64,000 nt of DNA from Salpingoeca rosetta. Lineage: Eukaryota; Protista; Choanoflagellata. The stretch covers positions 803,084 through 867,083 of the forward strand of contig JAWQFM010000004.1 of NCBI GenBank assembly GCA_033442325.1, read 5' to 3'. Positions 56,144 through 64,000 of the stretch are shown here, in pieces. The stretch's first letter is position 1. Each line of letters starts with the position of its first letter. The notes below the pieces were generated by a model. The model worked only from the letters and a program-made list of their open reading frames with translations, did no database searches and was not told where the DNA came from. Made by a program: the position numbers and the translations under genes.

Positions 56144-56158
56144 GTTGTTCTTAGCGAC
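56144..56158. promoter_or_regulatory. candidate RFX X-box-like site upstream of CCDC151
   Basis: GTTGTTCTTAGCGAC (GTCGCTAAGAACAAC on the gene strand) lies ~55-67 bp upstream of the ATG of an axonemal gene. A GTTGCCAT half-site also overlaps the start codon. Confidence 0.4.
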
Positions 56159-56653
56159 CAAGCAGAAGAGAGAAAAGTGCCTGCTAATTTCGCTGACTCG
56201 ACACTTTTTGTTAAATTTTCATGGTGTCGTAAAGAGGGATGGCGGTGCTTTGGTTGGTGGAGTTCCTGCTGTCGAACTCCAACCAATCTCCCACTACCAT
56301 CATCTCCCCACATCCTTCCCACACCTTCATCCCTTCCCACCTTCATCGATTCAGTGTACAGTTAAGAGGAACATACAGGCAGGCAGGCAAGCAAGCAAGG
56401 GTGATAAGAACAAGAAGAAAGACAAGAAAGAGCACGCCACACGGATAGGAACAAGAAGAGGTGGAAGGGGAAGGAGCGTTATGCCACAACACGCACACAA
56501 TCTTTGTCACAAGAACCAAGAACCCAAGCACAAGCAGGCAACACAAAGCAATGGATATGCACAAGGATGGCCGGTACAACACATACAACACACACACACA
56601 ATGGTGACAGAGGGGCGACTTTCTGTGGTGTTGTTGGAGCGTGGCTTCGGGGT

Positions 56654-57848
56654 TTAGTCACGCTTGAAGCGTGTTGGACGCTGTGGCTCTTGTGGCGCTG
56701 CGGCGAGGTGGAGTGCACGCATCACATCGTCGACACTGCAATCACTCAGCACAAACAGGGCACACAAACCTGCCACATGTGTGTGAATTGGAGGTTGGGG
56801 GGGGGTGTTAGAGCAGAAGTGTGAGATGTGAAGTGCGAGATGTGTAGAGTATGTGGTGTGCGGCAGGAAGCGCGTGGGGCGGCATTTGTATATCAAAAGG
56901 AAAAGCGGCAATCAAACGGCGGTGTTTGAGAGGGGCGCAGAACGGCAACTGCACACAAATACTCAGAAGGGCGTGCTACACGCAGTTGGTACCACGATCT
57001 TCATTCACACACACTCTCTCTCACCGCAGATGAAGAGGAGCATAATGTCCGAGATGACCCAGGAGAAGAGGCCGAACAAGAAGGAGCCCAACGCGAGGAT
57101 GATGATCACATACTGTCGACACGGTTAAGCACATGGTGCAGCAAGAGGTGTGGGGGAACGCAAAGAGTGAATGAGAGGAGGGTGGATAGGTGGGTGGGAA
57201 ATGAGCAAGTGCACGCCTACGCTTGCGCGCTCCCACATACGCACACACACGCACACACGATACGAAACGCACGCACACGCGACACGCAACGCACATGCAC
57301 ACACACACACACACCACAATAACCCCTCCGCCCCCCTTCCTCTTCTGTAATTGCCTCACCACAATTGGCCGGGATGTGCGGAGCGCTGCGAGCCGACTGC
57401 AGGCCGTCTCGACGGCCGAGTGGGCAGAGGCAATCTTGCCTGCAAGCTGGTTGATGGCGATGCGCTGGTCGTTGGTAATCTTCTTGTTCTTGCTCTTCAT
57501 GTTGCGCTGGTAGCACAGGATAAAGTGGGCAGGGATGGCCAGCGCCGCGACGCAGAGGAAGAGGAAGGACATCACGGATGCGTTCCAGAAGGGAAGCCAG
57601 ACACAAAACGCCGTCCACCCAAGCAGCGTCGCCAGGAAGCGCTTCGGGTGCCGGCGCGGGTGCATCACGGACTGGAACAGCACACAGATGTGCCGCTGAT
57701 GGAACAAGAACTCGTCCCAGTCCTTGTGTCGCTCGCAACAAAAGGCGCCCGCCGCTGCTGCCGATGCCGACGACGACGACGCCGATGTCGCCGCTTGTGT
57801 CGCATGTTGCCTCTGCTGCTGCTGCTGCTGCTGTAACGACCGCCTCAT
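56654..57848 (-). CDS. ARL6IP1/RETREG-like reticulon-homology ER-shaping protein
   Basis: Exons ~57361-57848, ~57025-57112 and 56654-56769 give ...FLATLLGWTAFCVWLPFWNASVMSFLFLCVAALAIPAHF...ITNDQRIAINQLAGKIASAHSAVETACSRLAALRTSRPIV|YVIIILALGSFLFGLFSWVISDIMLLFIC|GLCALFVL...RFKRD*. Two hydrophobic hairpins flank an amphipathic linker, as in ARL6IP1. Confidence 0.65.
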
Positions 57849-57889
57849 GTCTGTGTGTCGTGTATGTTGTGATGTGTGTATGAATGGAT

Positions 57890-58030
57890 GTATGCGTGTG
57901 TCGGTGGTGTGGTGACCTTTGCTGTGGTCAGGAGCTGGAGCTGGCCGTCTGTATGTGAGGGTATGCGTGGTGGTGTGGTGACCTTTGCTGTGGTCAAGAG
58001 ATGGAGCTGGCCGGCTGTATGTGTTGAGGG
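57890..58030. repeat. tandem ~70-bp duplication upstream of the ARL6IP1-like gene
   Basis: Two copies of GTATGCGTG..GGTGGTGTGGTGACCTTTGCTGTGGTCA.GAG.TGGAGCTGGCCG.CTGTATGTG. Confidence 0.9.
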
Positions 58031-58097
58031 TGTGGTGTTTGGTCCGTTCCTTTCAACCTCGCAATCGTTGTCCACGAAATTTTCGGTGTATGCTTAA

Positions 58098-58109
58098 ACT
58101 GAATTCAGT
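58098..58109. promoter_or_regulatory. single ACTGA-NN-TCAGT palindrome (ACTGAATTCAGT)
   Basis: Same motif as the array at 60592-60736; lies ~250 bp upstream of the ARL6IP1-like ATG. Confidence 0.45.
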
Positions 58110-58476
58110 CTTTCAGAGGGAAGTTGTTTCAGTCAGGCAAGCGAGGCAGGGCAAGCAGGTCAGCATGGCATGGGTGGCAGCAAAGTTAGATGGATGGCCC
58201 CAACAAGCAAGCAAGGGAGCCACCAGTGAACGTCATCAACGGGGGAATTGTGTGTCCGTTCAATGGCATAAAGGAAACCAAAGAAAAGAAGGGAACACGG
58301 CAGTTTGTAGGGATCAACAAACGACAAAAACAAATGGGTCACAAGCAGGATAACAAAATCGTGACATCATGTTGTTGTTGTTGTTGTTGTTGTTGTTGGT
58401 GGTGGTGGGTTGGTATCGGATGGCATCCGTTTCTGCTCTTGTTGGTCGGTCGGTCGGTCGGTTACGGGTGGGTGGT

Positions 58477-60132
58477 TTACTGCTGCTTCTTGTTGTTGGA
58501 AGCAGTGGTGGTGGAGTCGTCGTCGCTGTGCAGCTCGGCAATCTCGTCCTTGACGGCGCTGATGGCCTCCGTGGCCTGCTGCAGGTTCTCCACAAGCTCC
58601 TCTGGCAGCTCAAGCTGGGTGCCGACCTGGAAGCGGCCGGGCCCAATGCACGAGTCGAGGCCGCCAAGCTCACGCGAGCGGCGGTACGCGGCCCAGATGG
58701 CGTCAGAGAAGACGGTGCGCATGCCGCCGCGCTCAAGCTGGTACAGCGCAGCCGCCGTAGTGCCGCCAGGGGAGGTGATGTCGTTCTTCAGCATCGACGG
58801 GTGCTCGCCAGAGGCCAGGGCCAGGTTGACCGCGCCGCGGACCGTGTGCAGCACGAGCTTGCGGGACACGTCGCGCGCAAAGCCCATGTGCACGCCGGCG
58901 TCAATCATGGCCTCGAACATGAGCTGGCACATGGCGGGCCCGCTGCCGGAGAGGGCGGTGGCCATATCCAGCATGCGCTCGTCGGAGAGCAGCACCTCTG
59001 CACCAAAGGCGCTGAGGAGCTCCTTGGCCTGGCGCCGCTGCTCCGGCGACACCTCCTGCGTAAACGTCCAGCTGGTGATGGATTCGTTGATGAGGGCGGG
59101 CGTGTTGGGCATGGCGCGCACGACACGCTTGACGCCGAGGCCCTCGCGGATCTGGCTCAGCGTGAAGCCGGCAGCAATGGACACGACCAGGCAGTCCTTG
59201 GAAATGGTGTCGCGGATGCTGTCAAAGACGAGCGCCATGGTCTGCGGCTTGACGGCGAGGATGAGAATGTCAGCGCCCTTGGCGGCAGAGGCGTTGTTTG
59301 CCGTGGTGAGGATGTGGAAGCGGTCCTTGAGGTAGGTGCGGCGGCCCGCGTTGGGGTCGCACGCCGTCACCTGCGTTGCCTCCACGGCACCGCCGTTGAC
59401 CATGCCGCCCATCATCGCCTCCGCCATCTTGCCGCTGCCCAGGAACACAATCTTCTTGTCCTTGAGCGCGACCGAGGGCTGGCGCTGCTTGACTTGCTCC
59501 TCGCCCTGGCTCTGCTGCTCGTTTTGCGCCTGCTTGCCGTCGTCGGGCACTTCTTCAACCACGGCCTCCGCGTTGGCGCTCTGCAGCGTCTTGCGACTTC
59601 TCCTCAGGGCGCACGCCGTTGTGTGCAGGAAGCGGGCGCTGGGCATGGTCGGGGGCCGGCTCAGCATCTGCGAGGGCGGGAATTTGGCCGCGTGGTAGCG
59701 CATGTCCGGGCGCGGGCGGGCCAGCGGCTGCTGCTTGAGCAGGCCGCGTGCCTTGAGCGACGCGCGTTTCGTCGCACTGCCAGCAGTGTTGCTGCTATTT
59801 CTGGGGGCTGCGGGTGCGGGTTCTGCGCGCATGAAGCGCGTCGACGTGTGCATCTGGCGGGCGGTGCAGGCGGTGGGAGGGCGCGACATGACCTCCGTCG
59901 GCGGGAATTTTGCCGCGTGGTAGCGCAGGTCTGGGCGGCCCGATGTCCTGCCGACGCGCATGGCGGCTGCGGACGACTTGTTCGCCGCAGAGCTGCCGCG
60001 CATGATGGTGGCCGGGGAGATGATCTTGGTGCGCGTGCGCGGTGCGGTCTGCGCGGCCGCGGCCGCAGCCCGGCTGGCTTGGGCACTGACGGACAGCGCT
60101 CTCCTTGTTGTTCGTGTCATGGGAGTGGCCAT
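58477..60132 (-). CDS. PYCR: pyrroline-5-carboxylate reductase with a ~220-aa N-terminal extension (intronless, 551 aa)
   Basis: KIVFLGSGKMAEAM (NADPH-binding), ADILILAVKPQ, VVSIAAG, VVRAMPNTPALI, DMATALSGSGPA and ITSPGGTTAAAL are the P5CR signature motifs. The extension is Arg/Ser/Ala-rich and nearly free of acidic residues, like a mitochondrial presequence. Confidence 0.95.
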   Translation of the reverse strand: MATPMTRTTRRALSVSAQASRAAAAAAQTAPRTRTKIISPATIMRGSSAANKSSAAAMRVGRTSGRPDLRYHAAKFPPTEVMSRPPTACTARQMHTSTRFMRAEPAPAAPRNSSNTAGSATKRASLKARGLLKQQPLARPRPDMRYHAAKFPPSQMLSRPPTMPSARFLHTTACALRRSRKTLQSANAEAVVEEVPDDGKQAQNEQQSQGEEQVKQRQPSVALKDKKIVFLGSGKMAEAMMGGMVNGGAVEATQVTACDPNAGRRTYLKDRFHILTTANNASAAKGADILILAVKPQTMALVFDSIRDTISKDCLVVSIAAGFTLSQIREGLGVKRVVRAMPNTPALINESITSWTFTQEVSPEQRRQAKELLSAFGAEVLLSDERMLDMATALSGSGPAMCQLMFEAMIDAGVHMGFARDVSRKLVLHTVRGAVNLALASGEHPSMLKNDITSPGGTTAAALYQLERGGMRTVFSDAIWAAYRRSRELGGLDSCIGPGRFQVGTQLELPEELVENLQQATEAISAVKDEIAELHSDDDSTTTASNNKKQQ

Positions 60133-60591
60133 CTTGTTGAGTAAGGGTGGGAGGGTATGTGTTGTTGTCGTTGTTGTTGTTGCTGGGGATCTGTTACTTC
60201 TGTTCTGTTCTAGTGAGGAGACTACACTGCAGTAATGTAATGCGACGTGGAAGGAAAGTGGTCACAGACAACTTGTGTGGAGAAGGGAGATTGGTTGACT
60301 TGAGATCGGATTGAGTTGGGAGTTTGAGATGAGAGAGGACAGGGCGAGAGGTGATGGGTGTGTGGCGTGATGATGTGTGGCGCAAAGTCTGATGATGATC
60401 TGAGAGGTAAATGGTGACTTTTCTGGGAAGGAAGCGAGCAAGGTTGATGGTGGTGGTGGTGCTGCTGCTGCTGTGGCCGCATGTCGTCGCTTGAAGCGCA
60501 GGTTGGTTGGTTGGTTGGTGGTGTTGCTCACATCTGCCACTTTCCATCGCATGTCCGTGATCGCAGAAACGAACCCAAACCAAGAACAGCG

Positions 60592-60736
60592 CCTGAAGTC
60601 AGTGGAATCGTCTAAACTGAAATCAGTCGATACAGTGGTTCGTAACCAACTGAGTTCAGTTGTTGACTCATTAAATGGAGATTTTGTTCATTTCAGGGGG
60701 TACTGATGTCAGTCGAATGTTGGAACTGAGATCAGT
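60592..60736. promoter_or_regulatory. array of five 12-bp palindromes ACTGA-NN-TCAGT plus a TGACTCA site, upstream of PYCR
   Basis: CCTGAAGTCAGT 60592-60603, ACTGAAATCAGT 60616-60627, ACTGAGTTCAGT 60649-60660, ACTGATGTCAGT 60702-60713 and ACTGAGATCAGT 60725-60736; TGACTCA at 60664-60670. The repeats are seen directly; a regulatory role is inferred. Confidence 0.7.
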
Positions 60737-61377
60737 TGATGTGCGGGAAGTTTAAGGCGGTTTTGAAGAAAAACGTCATCGGGCACATGGCAAACCCATT
60801 TGAAGAAATTGCCGAATATTAGGAACGTCTTGAAAGAAGAAAATCTATTTCGGGCACGTGCAAAGCCCGGTCAAAACGGCGCACAAACACAAGCATGTAG
60901 AATACAACTTGTGGTGTATGATGGAGTCCGCGACACGCGACACTCAGAAGTATGTGTTTGTTTGCATTGTGTGGGTGTGTGCGGGTGTGCGGGTGTGTGT
61001 GTGTGTGGGTGTGTGGGTGTGTGGGTGTGTTTGCATGCGCGTCTCTGTCTCTCCCTGTCACTCACTCTCTCACTCACACACACACACTCTCTCTCGCTCT
61101 CTCTCCTCTGTCCGTCACAACCACACCACGACCTGCAACAAATTCATTAGATGTACATAATTGTAGAATTGTCGTTGTAACAAACGCGCAGGTGATGCGC
61201 AGGACATAATTAACCAAGCATGGGGTGGTTGAAAACGGAAAGTTGGCGCCACACACACACACTCTCGCACACTCACACACGCACACAAACGGACACAACA
61301 CATGCACACGCACACACTCACACACTCACACACACGCACACACACATATGCCGCATAGGTCAAATCAGTTAATGAAA

Positions 61378-64000
<2,623 letters not shown>

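Overview
This is eukaryotic, intron-rich, GC-rich DNA with (CA)n/(GT)n microsatellites in almost every intron. The style and gene content fit a choanoflagellate, most likely Salpingoeca rosetta (inference). There are three assembly gaps. The first ~10.5 kb is an accessory-looking island: the 5' end of a putative acylated DUF4062/NWD-type gene, decayed coding remnants, an intronless F-box-like/LRR polyQ gene, a tandem-TPR gene, a secreted 7-bladed beta-propeller gene and an orphan PDR/ABCG transporter 3' fragment. The rest is a compact run of conserved genes: C3orf38/DUF4518-like; a ~5,000-aa HERC2-like E3 ligase with an 11.8-kb exon; DYNLT1; RNF113A/CWC24; a ~2,800-aa MAGUK (5 PDZ-SH3-GK-15 PDZ); CCDC151/ODAD3; ARL6IP1/RETREG-like; an intronless pyrroline-5-carboxylate reductase; and the 3' part of a kinase-less Cys-rich receptor with a tyrosine-motif tail. 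The best candidate for an undescribed system is the P5C-reductase locus. It combines an upstream array of five ACTGA-NN-TCAGT palindromes and a TGACTCA site with a duplicated N-terminal peptide (RPD[LM]RYHAAKFPP....SRPPT) whose copies differ mostly at synonymous sites. The 20-PDZ MAGUK, the domain-swapped HERC2 and the polarised intron microsatellites are also notable. All family assignments are from motif recognition by eye; no database searches were run.
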